A stretch of 64,000 nt of DNA from Hyphomonadaceae bacterium JAD_PAG50586_4 (lineage in GTDB: Bacteria > Pseudomonadota > Alphaproteobacteria > Caulobacterales > Aquidulcibacteraceae): assembly GCA_023242925.1 (NCBI GenBank), contig CP096134.1:1201944-1265943 (forward strand), in the 5' to 3' direction. Positions 10,083 through 19,440 of this stretch are shown in pieces. The notes beneath the pieces were generated by a model, which worked only from the letters and a program-made list of their open reading frames with translations, was not told where the DNA came from and ran no database searches. A program made the translations under genes and the position numbers. Numbering within the stretch: position 1 is the first letter of the stretch; every line of letters begins with the position of its first letter.

Positions 10083-10355
10083 ATGCGCACGCGCATCCTG
10101 AGTTTGATCGCAATCTCGGCGCTTTCGGCGTGTGGCGCGAGCGAGCCCAATCCCTATCCGGCTGAGGCGCAGGCTCAATTTGAAGCGTCGTGCCCGCCTG
10201 CAAGTGCTGTGTGCGCCTGCACATGGGACACGCTCACGCGCACGCTCACGTATGAAGAATACGACGCAGCGCTCACGCGCTTCCGCGACGAAGGTCTGAT
10301 GGACCCCAGTATCACGCGGGCGCGAACGCGGTGCCTCGAAAGGCACCGCGAGTAG
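10083..10355 (+). CDS. Small 4-Cys lipoprotein of unknown function (paralog B)
   Basis: Lipobox LSAC; pattern SC-x6-CxCxW...C; SD GGAG. Confidence 0.75.
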   Translation: MRTRILSLIAISALSACGASEPNPYPAEAQAQFEASCPPASAVCACTWDTLTRTLTYEEYDAALTRFRDEGLMDPSITRARTRCLERHRE

Positions 10356-10357
10356 CG

Positions 10358-10756
10358 TCAGGCTTTCTTGCCGATCATATTGTCCACGCTCCACGACCCG
10401 CCGCCAGCCGCGGCGATGTAGAGGAACGTGAAGCAGAACATGATCGCGAGCTCGCCGCCATTCTGAATGGGCCAGAACGCTTGCGGCGCATGCGCCATCC
10501 AATACGCGACCGCCATCATGCCCGAGAGTACGAACGCGACTGGGCGCGTAAAGAGGCCAATAGCCAACAACGCACCGCCAACCAATTCGAGCACGCCGGC
10601 GAACCAAACGAGCGTCATTGGCTCAGGTGGTTGGGCGAACATTTCGGTGGCGGGGAAGCCCAGGAGCTTCGCTGTACCGTGCGCCATGAAAAGCAGCGCT
10701 GACATGATCCGCAAAATGCTGAGCAGCGCGCCGGAATATTTGCTGAGAAAACCCAT
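10358..10756 (-). CDS. DoxX family membrane protein
   Basis: LRIMSALLFMAHGTAKL, ELVGGALLAIGLFTRPVAF and NGGELA. Confidence 0.9.
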   Translation of the reverse strand: MGFLSKYSGALLSILRIMSALLFMAHGTAKLLGFPATEMFAQPPEPMTLVWFAGVLELVGGALLAIGLFTRPVAFVLSGMMAVAYWMAHAPQAFWPIQNGGELAIMFCFTFLYIAAAGGGSWSVDNMIGKKA

Positions 10757-10814
10757 GTTCAGTCCCTCCGATGTCCGGAGCTAAGACCGCGTTGCGGGTT
10801 TTGGCTAGAACAAT

Positions 10815-11432
10815 CTAAGCGACGCTCGCCTGATCGACGAGCGCCAAGCGCGCAACGATCGCACGAGGCGCAAGCAAAGCGCCTGGCGCGACGACGGCGT
10901 TGGCGCCGATGCGCGCGCCGTCGCCGATGATCGCCCCGAACTTCTCCACGCCCGTATCGATCACGCCGTTCGCACTTGCGATGCGGATCCGCTTGTCGGC
11001 GCGCTCGTTGCGATAATTCGCGATCATCGCGCCGGCTTCGATGTTGACGTCGCCGCCGAGGATCGAATCGCCCACGAAATTGAGATGCGCGAGTTTGCTG
11101 CCGCCGAAGACGAAGCTGGATTTGAGCTCGGCGGCGGGGCCGATAATGCAGCCTCGCTCAAGCCAACAGCCGCCGCGCACCAGGGCTGTGGAGGCGATGA
11201 AGCAATCCGGCCCGACGATGGCCGGGCCTTTGATCGCCGCGCCCGGTTCGATCGTGGCGCTTGCGTGGATCGCGATGTCGTCGTTGATCGCATAGCCGTC
11301 GCAGCACGTGGCGAGCAACGAGCGCACGATGTCTGGCGTGTTTGACGTGAGCGTCCATGGCGCGTGGTCGAGATAGGCCGCCAGCGGCGATTGCTCCGCG
11401 GTGGCGACGTAATCGCGAAGGCGCACGCTCAT
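10815..11432 (-). CDS. Hexapeptide-repeat (LbH) acyltransferase, YaiX/GlmU C-terminal-like
   Basis: Repeated [IV]GxxxxI hexapeptides, [12 protein letters not shown] and [13 protein letters not shown]; ATGA overlap with recR. Confidence 0.8.
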   Translation of the reverse strand: MSVRLRDYVATAEQSPLAAYLDHAPWTLTSNTPDIVRSLLATCCDGYAINDDIAIHASATIEPGAAIKGPAIVGPDCFIASTALVRGGCWLERGCIIGPAAELKSSFVFGGSKLAHLNFVGDSILGGDVNIEAGAMIANYRNERADKRIRIASANGVIDTGVEKFGAIIGDGARIGANAVVAPGALLAPRAIVARLALVDQASVA

Positions 11433-12043
11433 GACGGGCGGCGGCTCTGCAGTGCGGCGAAGAGCGTGCCGTCGTCCAACAGATCAAGCTCGCCGCCGAC
11501 GGGGACGCCATGCGAGAGCCGGCTGACGATGATGCCGAGCGGTTGCAGCCGCTCAGCGAGATAATGGCCGGTGGTCTGCCCATCGACGGTGGCGGAGAGC
11601 GCGAGGATCACTTCGCGCACGCCGGACGCGCTGGCGCGTTCGACGAGTTTGGAAATGCGCAAATCTTCGGGGCGCACGCCGTCGAGCGCGGAGAGCAAGC
11701 CGCCCAGCACATGGTAGCGGCCCTTGAATGCGCCCGCGCGTTCGAGCGCCCAGACGTCGCCAACTTCAGCGACGACGCAGATGAGGCCGTCGTCACGCTC
11801 AGGCTTGCTGCACAGCGCGCACGGGTCTTGCGTGTCGAGCGCACCGCAGGTGGAGCACGCGCGCACCTTCTGCGCCGCTTCGGCAAGGGCTGACGCCAAC
11901 GGCACCATCAGCGCGTCCTTCTTCTTCAAAAGCTGCAATACTGCGCGCCGGGCCGACCGCGGGCCAAGGCCTGGCACCTTCGCGAGCAAAGCTATCAAAG
12001 CCTCGATCTCGGGGGCTGCGGTGGTCGATTTGCTGGAACGCAT
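11429..12043 (-). CDS. recR: Recombination mediator RecR
   Basis: [10 protein letters not shown] helix-hairpin-helix, C4 zinc finger CSTC...CALC, YHVLGG and Toprim [15 protein letters not shown]. Start set at MRSSKST. Confidence 0.95.
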   Translation of the reverse strand: MRSSKSTTAAPEIEALIALLAKVPGLGPRSARRAVLQLLKKKDALMVPLASALAEAAQKVRACSTCGALDTQDPCALCSKPERDDGLICVVAEVGDVWALERAGAFKGRYHVLGGLLSALDGVRPEDLRISKLVERASASGVREVILALSATVDGQTTGHYLAERLQPLGIIVSRLSHGVPVGGELDLLDDGTLFAALQSRRPS

Positions 12044-12102
12044 CAAACTCAAATAGCGACCCGGGGCCGCCGAAGCGAGGGGCTCAAGGCCGCATCCCTC
12101 AG

Positions 12103-13128
12103 CTAGCTCGGCAATTTCTTGATGTGATCGGGCACGGCGCAGCGGCGGCGATATTCTCCGGGCGATCTCGCCCACGTAGCGCTTGAACAAGCGCCGAAAC
12201 GAGGCTGAATCCATATATCCGACCTGCTCGCCGATCGCCTCAATGGGTGTGTCGGAGGTTTCCAGCAATTGCTTGCTCTCTTCGATGCGCAGCCGCTGCA
12301 CGTATTCCAGCGGCGCAAAGCCCGTGGCTGCCTTGAAGCGGCGGGCGAACGTCTTTTCCGAGAGCTGAGCCTGCGTGGTCATGGCCGAGACAATGTCTGG
12401 CGCGGCGTAATTGTCGGCGGCCCATTCCTGTACGGCGTGGATCGCGGCGTCGTCGCGCTGTGGTTTGGTGACAAGTCGCGCGTAGGGATTTTGGCCTTGG
12501 TGGCGCCAATCGAACAGAGACATCTTCGCCAATCGCCGCGCTTCTTCCTGGCTTACAAGACGACCAACGAGATAGAGCACCAGATCCGTCCATGAGGTCG
12601 CGCCGCCGGCAGTGACGATAGAACCGTCTTCGTCGGCGGTGACGATGATGCGATCGCCGCGCACTTTGATGCGCGGATATTCTTTGCGCATCGGTTCGAC
12701 GAAGGCCCAATGCGTGGTGCTTTCGCGGCCGTCAAGCAGGCCCGCTTCAGCAAGCGCGAACGAGCCTGTGCAGGAGGAGACGACACGCGAACCGTTGGCG
12801 TGCGCGTGGCGCAGCCAGACCAACACTTCGGGATTGCTGCGGCCAAATTCCGCGCCGGAGGCGATGAGGATCGACGGCACGAAGATGATGTCGGGCGCGG
12901 CAGCGCGGCCAGAGTCGCTTGCGGGCTGATGTTCACGCCGGTGCTGGTTTTCATCATTGCGCCATCGGTGGAGACGATCCGCGGCGCGAACGCGGACGCT
13001 TCCGGTTCGCTCATCACGCGGTTCCAAAGCACGCCGACGGCCCAGAACGCATCATGGATGCCGAGCGCCACCCAGGGCTCAACCTCGGGCGTCGCCAGGA
13101 TCGCGATTTGGATCGGCCGTTGCACCAA
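12103..13128 (-). CDS. GlxA family regulator (DJ-1/PfpI plus AraC HTH); frameshifts near 12899 and 12170
   Basis: Reconstructed from three ORFs: N-terminal [12 protein letters not shown], then PDIIFVP...[17 protein letters not shown]...TTHW and [11 protein letters not shown]...[14 protein letters not shown], then C-terminal SPGEYRRR. Confidence 0.85.
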
Positions 13129-13240
13129 TCAATCTCCACTCTTGTCCATTTTGCCTCTATGAAGGGGGTTCCGCCACTCCAGATTGTTTTCAAGGCGGCG
13201 CATGTCTCTCTCGCGGGTTGGACGCAAGGAGGCGCTTAAG

Positions 13241-14146
13241 GTGCAACAACATACTTATCAGACGCTGCTGGACGTTTCGAAGCGCGTGAATTGGCGCATC
13301 GATGACATTATCGGCGGCGACAAGCGGCTCGATTTCAGCAAGCCATTTTTGCCCGAGACATTCGCGCGCACGGAGGCGTTATCGTTTCTCTCGGACCGCG
13401 AGCGGCTCACGCTCAATCACATCCGCGCTCACGGTTATCTGGCCATGTTCGCGTTGGTCGAAGGCTTTATCCTGCCGTTCGTGAACACGGCGATTGCGCA
13501 GGATGACGGCACTCCGCATCGCGCACCAGCGCTGCAGCAATTCGCGAGCGAAGAAGAAAAGCACATGGAGCTATTCCGGCGCTTCCTGAGCGACTTCACC
13601 GCGAGCTTCGGCAGCGAGTGCGGCTTTCTCGGTCCGCCAGAGGCTATTCGCGACGCCGTACTAGCGCATGGCGAAATGGCGGTGGCGATCGCGACGCTTG
13701 GTATCGAATGGATGTCGCAAGCGCATTACGTCGAAAGCGTGCGCGACGATGGCGATCTCGATCCGCAATTCAAAAGCCTGCTGAAGCACCATTGGCGGGA
13801 GGAATCGCAGCACGCGCGGCTCGATGGTTTGTTGCTGAAGGAATTGGCCGGCAAGGCGACGCCGGCGCAGATCGAGCGCGCCATCGATGAATATTTCGAG
13901 ATCGGCGCGTTTCTCGATGGCGGGCTGCGGAGTTTAGCGGAACTCGATCTCGATAGCTTTGAACGTGCAACCGGGCGCACGCTCAACGCCGATCAACGCG
14001 CGGAATTCTTGGTAGTGCAGCATCAGGCGCTGCGATGGACGTTCCTCGGCTCCGCCATGCGCAACAAGAACTTCCTCGCTGCGCTCGGCGAGCTTGGCGG
14101 CTCCGCACGGGCGCGCGTGGAGGAAGCGTCGGCGATGTTGTGCTGA
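13241..14146 (+). CDS. Ferritin-like di-iron oxygenase (AurF-like family)
   Basis: Two EExxH motifs (EEEKH, EESQH) plus IEW...HY. GTG start with SD AAGGAGG. Confidence 0.75.
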   Translation: MQQHTYQTLLDVSKRVNWRIDDIIGGDKRLDFSKPFLPETFARTEALSFLSDRERLTLNHIRAHGYLAMFALVEGFILPFVNTAIAQDDGTPHRAPALQQFASEEEKHMELFRRFLSDFTASFGSECGFLGPPEAIRDAVLAHGEMAVAIATLGIEWMSQAHYVESVRDDGDLDPQFKSLLKHHWREESQHARLDGLLLKELAGKATPAQIERAIDEYFEIGAFLDGGLRSLAELDLDSFERATGRTLNADQRAEFLVVQHQALRWTFLGSAMRNKNFLAALGELGGSARARVEEASAMLC

Positions 14147-14152
14147 TGGGAC

Positions 14153-14187
14153 GAGGCTGGCGGCGCGTTGTACGCGCCGTCGGCCTC
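14153..14187. terminator. 15-bp stem-loop between the convergent oxygenase and ybaB genes
   Basis: GAGGCTGGCGGCGCG-TTGTA-CGCGCCGTCGGCCTC, with G-U pairs. Confidence 0.7.
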
Positions 14188-14508
14188 AGAACGGCATCTT
14201 AAAGCCGGGTAGGATCCCTAGGCCGCCACTTAAGCCCTTCATCTCGTCGTTCTGCGCGGTCTCGAGTTTGCGGCGGGCGTCGTCGTGGGCGGCTTTGATC
14301 AAGTCTTCCAAAATCTCGCGTTCGTCGGCGACCATGAGCGACGCATCGATCGTAATGCCCAACAGCGCGTTCTTGCCGGAAACGCGCAGCTTCACCATGC
14401 CGCCGCCGGCCGTGCCTTCGACTTCCATGGCTTCGAGCTTTTTTGCGCCTCGTTGATCTTGGCCTGCATCTGCTGGGCTTGGCGCATGATCTGCGAGATG
14501 TCTTTCAT
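14186..14508 (-). CDS. ybaB: YbaB/EbfC nucleoid-associated protein; frameshift in an A6 run at 14439-14444
   Basis: MKDISQIMRQAQQMQAKINEAQK continues as LEAMEVEGTAGGGMVKLRVSG...EILEDLIKAAHDDA. One extra A restores the frame. Confidence 0.9.
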
Positions 14509-16244
14509 CGATCGGCTTCTTCTTGCGCGCCGGGGAGGGCGCGGATTTGGGTGGCGACGGCATCGGCACCACGTCGCCGCCGCCGGTTTCTTCCTGCGGC
14601 TGGCGCACGGCGGCAATTTCAGCGCCGGGGAAGTGCTTCAATGCCTCGGCGATGAAGGGCTGGCGCTTCAATTCTTCCATCGCGCGTTTGCGTTCGCGCA
14701 GGCGGCGTTCGGCCAAGCTCTCAACGGAAGCGTTGGTGCTTTCAACACCGCGCACGCGCCATTCGATCTCGGTGCTCTCTTCGAGGAAATCTTTGATCTG
14801 GCGGATGAGGTCGCGCGGCTGATCTGGCGCCGACACGAACACCAGATCGCCCGTGGGCGAATATTGAACGACTTTCATGCGGTCGAGCTGGATTTCGAGT
14901 TCGATCATGCGCGCGTCCGAAACGGCGCCGAGCAAGTCTTCGAAAGCTTGGAGGCGATGCGTTGGCGCGGGCGGCGGGGCCTTGTTGACGGTGGGCGTGT
15001 CGCGTGGCGGTTCGCGGGGTGGCTGCGCCGAAGGCCGGCTGGAAGCCGGCGGTCCGTCGCGCAGCAAGCGTGCGGCTTCTTCGGGCGGCGGCAGCGATTG
15101 CGCCGCGCAGATGCGAACCATCGCCATTTCGACGGCGGCGATCGGATCGGGCGCCTTGCTGGCTTCTTCGAGCGCCTTCAGCAACATCTGCCAAATGCGC
15201 GAAAGCTGCGCGGGCGAGAGCTTTTCGGCGAGCCCGCGCACGCGGCCCACCCAATCGGCGCCGCCGATGATGCGGGCTTCCGCGCCCAGCGCTTGCGCGC
15301 GCGCGGCTTCGTGGCCGATGTCGAGTAAATCGCGCAGGATGAGTGTTGGATCGGCGCCGCTGTCATATTGGCTTCGGGCTTCGTTGATCGCGGTTTTGGC
15401 GTCGCCCTTGGAAATGGCGTCGAAAAGGTCGAGCACGCGGGCGCGGTCGGCAAGGCCCAGCATATCGCGCACGTCCGCCGCGCTTACGGTTTCGCCAGGC
15501 TTTTGCACCAAAGCCTGGTCGAGCAGCGAAAGCCCGTCGCGCGCGGAGCCTTCGGCCGCGCGGGCGATCAGCGCGATGCCGTCCGCGTCGACCTTCACGC
15601 CTTCCTTGGCGCAGATATTGCCAAGGTGGGTGGCGAGGCGTTCACTATCGATGCGCTTTAGATCAAAGCGTTGGCAGCGCGAGAGCACGGTGACGGGCAC
15701 TTTGCGGATTTCCGTCGTCGCGAACATGAATTTTACGTGCGGCGGCGGCTCTTCCAACGTCTTCAGTAGGCCGTTGAACGCGGCTGTCGAGAGCATGTGC
15801 ACTTCGTCGATGATGTAGATCTTGAAGCGCGCCATGACCGGCGCGTAGCGGACGCTGTCGAGGATTTCGCGAATGTCGTTGATGCCTGTGCGGGAGGCCG
15901 CGTCCATCTCGAACACGTCAGGATGGCGGCTCTCCATGATCGCCTGGCAATGCTCACCCGGCGGATCGAGCTCCACACCGGGGTGATCGATGTCGCCACG
16001 TTTGTAGTTTAGCGCACGCGCCAAGAGGCGGGCGGTGGTGGTTTTGCCGACCCCGCGAACGCCGGTGAGCATGGTGGCGTGCGGAATGCGGCCAAGCGCG
16101 AACGAATTGGCGATGGTGCGCACCATCGCCTCTTGGCCGATCAGGTCCTCGAAGGTCTTCGGCCGATACTTCCGCGCCAAAACGACATAGCCGGGGCCAG
16201 TCGTATTGTCGCCGAAAAGGCCGGGGGATTGGGATTCTGCTCAC
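14505..16244 (-). CDS. dnaX: DNA polymerase III subunit gamma/tau; apparent indels near 16238 and 14515
   Basis: LARKYRPKTF, GVRGVGKTT, DAASRTG, IIDEVHML, LKTLEEPP and SRCQRFD. Likely GTG start at 16244 (MSESQSPGLFGDNTTGPGYVVLARKY) and a stop overlapping the ybaB ATG. Confidence 0.95.
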
Positions 16245-16383
16245 GCCTGAAACCTAGGGGGTTTCGCCGGAAATGCGACCCCGCGCCGGCCTAAGCGAAG
16301 GGGCGGCTACGGTAAATCTACACCTTTTGTTTAGCGAAGCGCCTTCCGGGTTGCCCTAAGGGCGCAAAGACCCGGAGGAGAGC

Positions 16384-17791
16384 TTGGCCGCGACAAGCGA
16401 AAATCGCCGCATCTGGGTCATGACGATCCGTCGCTTCGTGGAGCTGGCGTGGGCCGGGCACGGCCTGACGCGCTACGTGTCGGTCGCGGTGGTGCCGTTG
16501 CTGGTTGCCTTCATGGTCCCAGGCCTCTGGTGGGTTCCGTGCGCGATCGGCGGGGCGATCGGCCTGACGGCGGATCATTTCGCGCAACGCGCGTTCACGC
16601 GCCTCTCGGCGCGACTCGATGGGCTGGACGACAAGGCGCTGCGCGGTGTGTTCGCGGGGCACACCTTTGTGTTGGCGTTGATCACCGCAGCCTATGTGAC
16701 GCCCTATGCCGTGCTGGCGCTTGCGCCCCAGCCCGCGCCGCTCATTGGGCTCATGTTCTCGGCCGGGGCGTTGATGATCTGCACGTCATTGCATGTGATG
16801 ACGCCGCGCATGATCTTTTACTTCGCCGCCGGTCATCGTGGCGCTCGTGGCGAACGGCTACGCTTTGGGCGGCGAGAATGCGCTCTTGGGCGCGGCGCTG
16901 GCGGCGCTGCTCGGCGGCAACGCGATTGTCATGGCGCGCGCCAATGCCGGGAGTTTCCGCGATTTGATGGCGGCGCAATTCAAATCGGAGCGGGCTGCGG
17001 AGGAATTGGAATTGCGCGTGGAAGAGCGCACGGCGCAACTCGCTGTGGCGACACGGCGCGCCCAGGCCGCCAATCGCGCGAAGTCGATATTCCTGGCCAA
17101 TATGAGTCACGAGCTGCGCACGCCGCTCAATGCCGTGATCGGCTACGCGGAAATCGTGCAGGAGGATCTGGAGAGCGGTGAAACCGAACGAAGTTCGGCC
17201 GATCTTGGGCGCATTCGCAACGCCGCGAACCATCTGCTGGCGATGATTACCGAAGTGCTCGATTTCTCGCGCATCGAAGCGGGTAAGATGGAGCTTGCGC
17301 CGGAAGCTTTCGATCTCACAATGCTGCTCAACGCCTCTGCCGACGATGTGCGGCTCACGGCCGAGAAGAACAATAGCGTGATCAGTGTGAAGGTCGCGCC
17401 ATCGGTCGCGAACATCTACGCTGATCAGATGCGCGTGCGCCAATGTGTGCTGAATCTCATGTCGAACGCCGCGAAATTCACGCACGACGGCGAGATCGTT
17501 GTCGAGGCCGGTCCGTGTCGTATCGATGGTGAGCCGGGCGTGGCGATTGTGGTGCGCGATACCGGCAAGGGGATTGCGCCGGATGATCTGAAGCGCCTGT
17601 TCCGGCCCTTCGTGCAGGTCGACAACACCAAGACGCGCAAGCACGACGGCGCGGGGCTCGGCCTCGTGATCACGCGCCGCTTGGCGCGGGCGATGGGCGG
17701 CAATGTTGTCGCCGAGAGCGCGCCGGGCAGAGGTTCAATCTTCACGCTCTACCTGCGCTCCACGCCGATGGCGGCCAAGCAAGCCGCTTAA
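16384..17791 (+). CDS. Orphan membrane sensor histidine kinase; frameshift near 16828
   Basis: Multi-TM N-terminus; H-box MSHELRTPLNAVIGY; N-box NLMSNAAKFT; G-boxes DTGKGI and GAGLGL. TTG start with SD GGAGGAG. Confidence 0.85.
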
Positions 17792-18414
17792 GCGCTGAAG
17801 ACCAGCTTCACGTAAGCCCGATATTGCATGACCTGGCGTGGCAGCACGTCGGGCTGGCTCAAGCTCTTCGACAAGATGATGGCGCCGTCCGCAACCGACG
17901 AAAGCATGTCGGCCATGTCGTTGAGATCGATCTCGATCTTCGGCGGATAGCGCGCTGCGATGCGATCGAGCCGTTCGCGAAAACGCGTACGCCAAATGCG
18001 ATGGCCTTCGGTCGTCATGCGCCGGACTTCCTGGCTGAACAGATAGTCCTGGTAGACGTAGGAGGCGACCAAGCAGCCGGGATGGCCGTTGGGGATGTCG
18101 CCCAGCAGGTCGGCGAAGAGCTTCAGGAAGATGAGATAATTGTGGAGCGGATCGTCGCTGAGCTCGTCGGCTTGGCGGAAGAGATCGTCGAAGATGCGCC
18201 ATTCGTTGTCGAGGTAACGCTGGAGCAGCGCCTTCGCGAGATCGTTCTTGTCGCGGAAGTGGTAGAAAAAGCCACTCTTGGTGATACCCGCTTCGCAGAT
18301 GATCTCATCCAGCGAGGTGCCCGCGAAGCCTTTGTGCAGCACCGCGTCCTGGGCGATGTCGAGCAGGCGTTCGCGGGTTTGCTCGCCTTTGCTCAGAGCT
18401 TGAACTTGAACCAT
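17788..18414 (-). CDS. TetR/AcrR family regulator (copy 1)
   Basis: TRERLLDIA...KGF...GITKSGFFYHFRDKNDL. Confidence 0.92.
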   Translation of the reverse strand: MVQVQALSKGEQTRERLLDIAQDAVLHKGFAGTSLDEIICEAGITKSGFFYHFRDKNDLAKALLQRYLDNEWRIFDDLFRQADELSDDPLHNYLIFLKLFADLLGDIPNGHPGCLVASYVYQDYLFSQEVRRMTTEGHRIWRTRFRERLDRIAARYPPKIEIDLNDMADMLSSVADGAIILSKSLSQPDVLPRQVMQYRAYVKLVFSA

Positions 18415-18415
18415 C

Positions 18416-19051
18416 TCAAGCCTCCACTCGCGCTTCAAAGGCGAGCTTTACGTAATTGCGATAAGCCATCACTTGGCGCGCGAGCATTTGTTTCTCGTCG
18501 AGCGTGCGGCTGAGAATGATGCCGCCCTCAACGATGGCTGTGCACATATCGGCGAGCGCTTCGATCTCGACGCCCGCGCGCGGTGGGTAGCGCTTGGCGA
18601 TCTCTTCTAAACGAACATGGATCTGCGCGCGCCAGGCGCGAATGCCATCGCCGTTCAAATCGCGAATGTCACGACTGAATTGCTGATCCTGGTAGCAGAA
18701 CGAAGCGACGATACAGCCGGGATGGGTGTTGGGCAGGTCAGCCAGCATGTCGGCGAAGAATTTGAGGCCGATCAGGAAGCCCTGTAGGGGGTCGTCGGTC
18801 AGTTCGGCGGAGCGCACGAACATATCATCGATGATGTCGTTGTGGCGCTGAATATAGCGACGCAGCAGCGCTTGGGCGAGATCGTTCTTGTCGCGGAAAT
18901 GATAGAAGAAGCCGCTCTTGGTGAGCCCGGCGGCGGCGATTAATTCCTCGATCGTAGTCGCGCCAAAGCCCTTCTGCAGGACGGCCTTTTCGGCCAGGTC
19001 CAGCAGGCGCTCGCGCGTCGCCTCGCCCTTGCTCAAAACCTTTACGTCCAT
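18416..19051 (-). CDS. TetR/AcrR family regulator (copy 2, tandem paralog)
   Basis: TRERLLDLA...KGF...GLTKSGFFYHFRDKNDL; ends 1 bp before the start of copy 1. Confidence 0.92.
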   Translation of the reverse strand: MDVKVLSKGEATRERLLDLAEKAVLQKGFGATTIEELIAAAGLTKSGFFYHFRDKNDLAQALLRRYIQRHNDIIDDMFVRSAELTDDPLQGFLIGLKFFADMLADLPNTHPGCIVASFCYQDQQFSRDIRDLNGDGIRAWRAQIHVRLEEIAKRYPPRAGVEIEALADMCTAIVEGGIILSRTLDEKQMLARQVMAYRNYVKLAFEARVEA

Positions 19052-19058
19052 AGTCAAA

Positions 19059-19086
19059 ACCGTACCATAAGTACTGTACCAGCGGT
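19059..19086. promoter_or_regulatory. Candidate TetR operator region
   Basis: ACCGTACCATAAGTACTGTACCAGCGGT: three GTAC cores bracketed by ACCG/CGGT, immediately upstream of the TetR start. Confidence 0.45.
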
Positions 19087-19281
19087 GCACTTCTCACGCG
19101 TCTGTCATTAGCGAAATCGCTGCTGCAAACCCTGTGACGCGCGTAACGTCGTTATTTTCAAGCGCTTTTTAGAAAGCGCAGGCGCTGCACCACGAGTTTT
19201 CTATCGGGCTGGGCGACGCGCCGATACACCTCAATTCATCCCAACGCCAAGTGTTTGGGCATGAAACGAAGGAAAGGGAAA

Positions 19282-19386
19282 ATGTCACGCGGCCTCACGT
19301 TTTTGATTTCGATCGTCGTCTTCTGGCACAGCGCAATTGCGCTCATTGGCCTCGACGCGCTCGACCTCGCCCAATCCTTTATTTGA
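19282..19386 (+). CDS. 34-aa hydrophobic peptide (not in the ORF track)
   Basis: MSRGLTFLISIVVFWHSAIALIGLDALDLAQSFI*, preceded by purine-rich GGAAAGGG. Confidence 0.55.
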   Translation: MSRGLTFLISIVVFWHSAIALIGLDALDLAQSFI

Positions 19387-19440
19387 GCTGAACACACCGC
19401 CCGACGCCCCCGGCGCGGCGCACCGAATTGGAGAAATCCC

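Noticed and set aside
11429-13027. 532-aa GlxA-RecR fusion ORF
   Set aside because: It results from read-through after an indel near 12170. The neighbouring frame gives the expected SPGEYRRR end, with a stop at 12103.
14186-16180. Apparent DnaX-YbaB fusion or programmed dnaX frameshift
   Set aside because: Two one-base corrections give normal separate genes with an ATGA overlap (MKDISQ... is a typical YbaB start). The A6 run lies in ybaB, not at the gamma/tau boundary.
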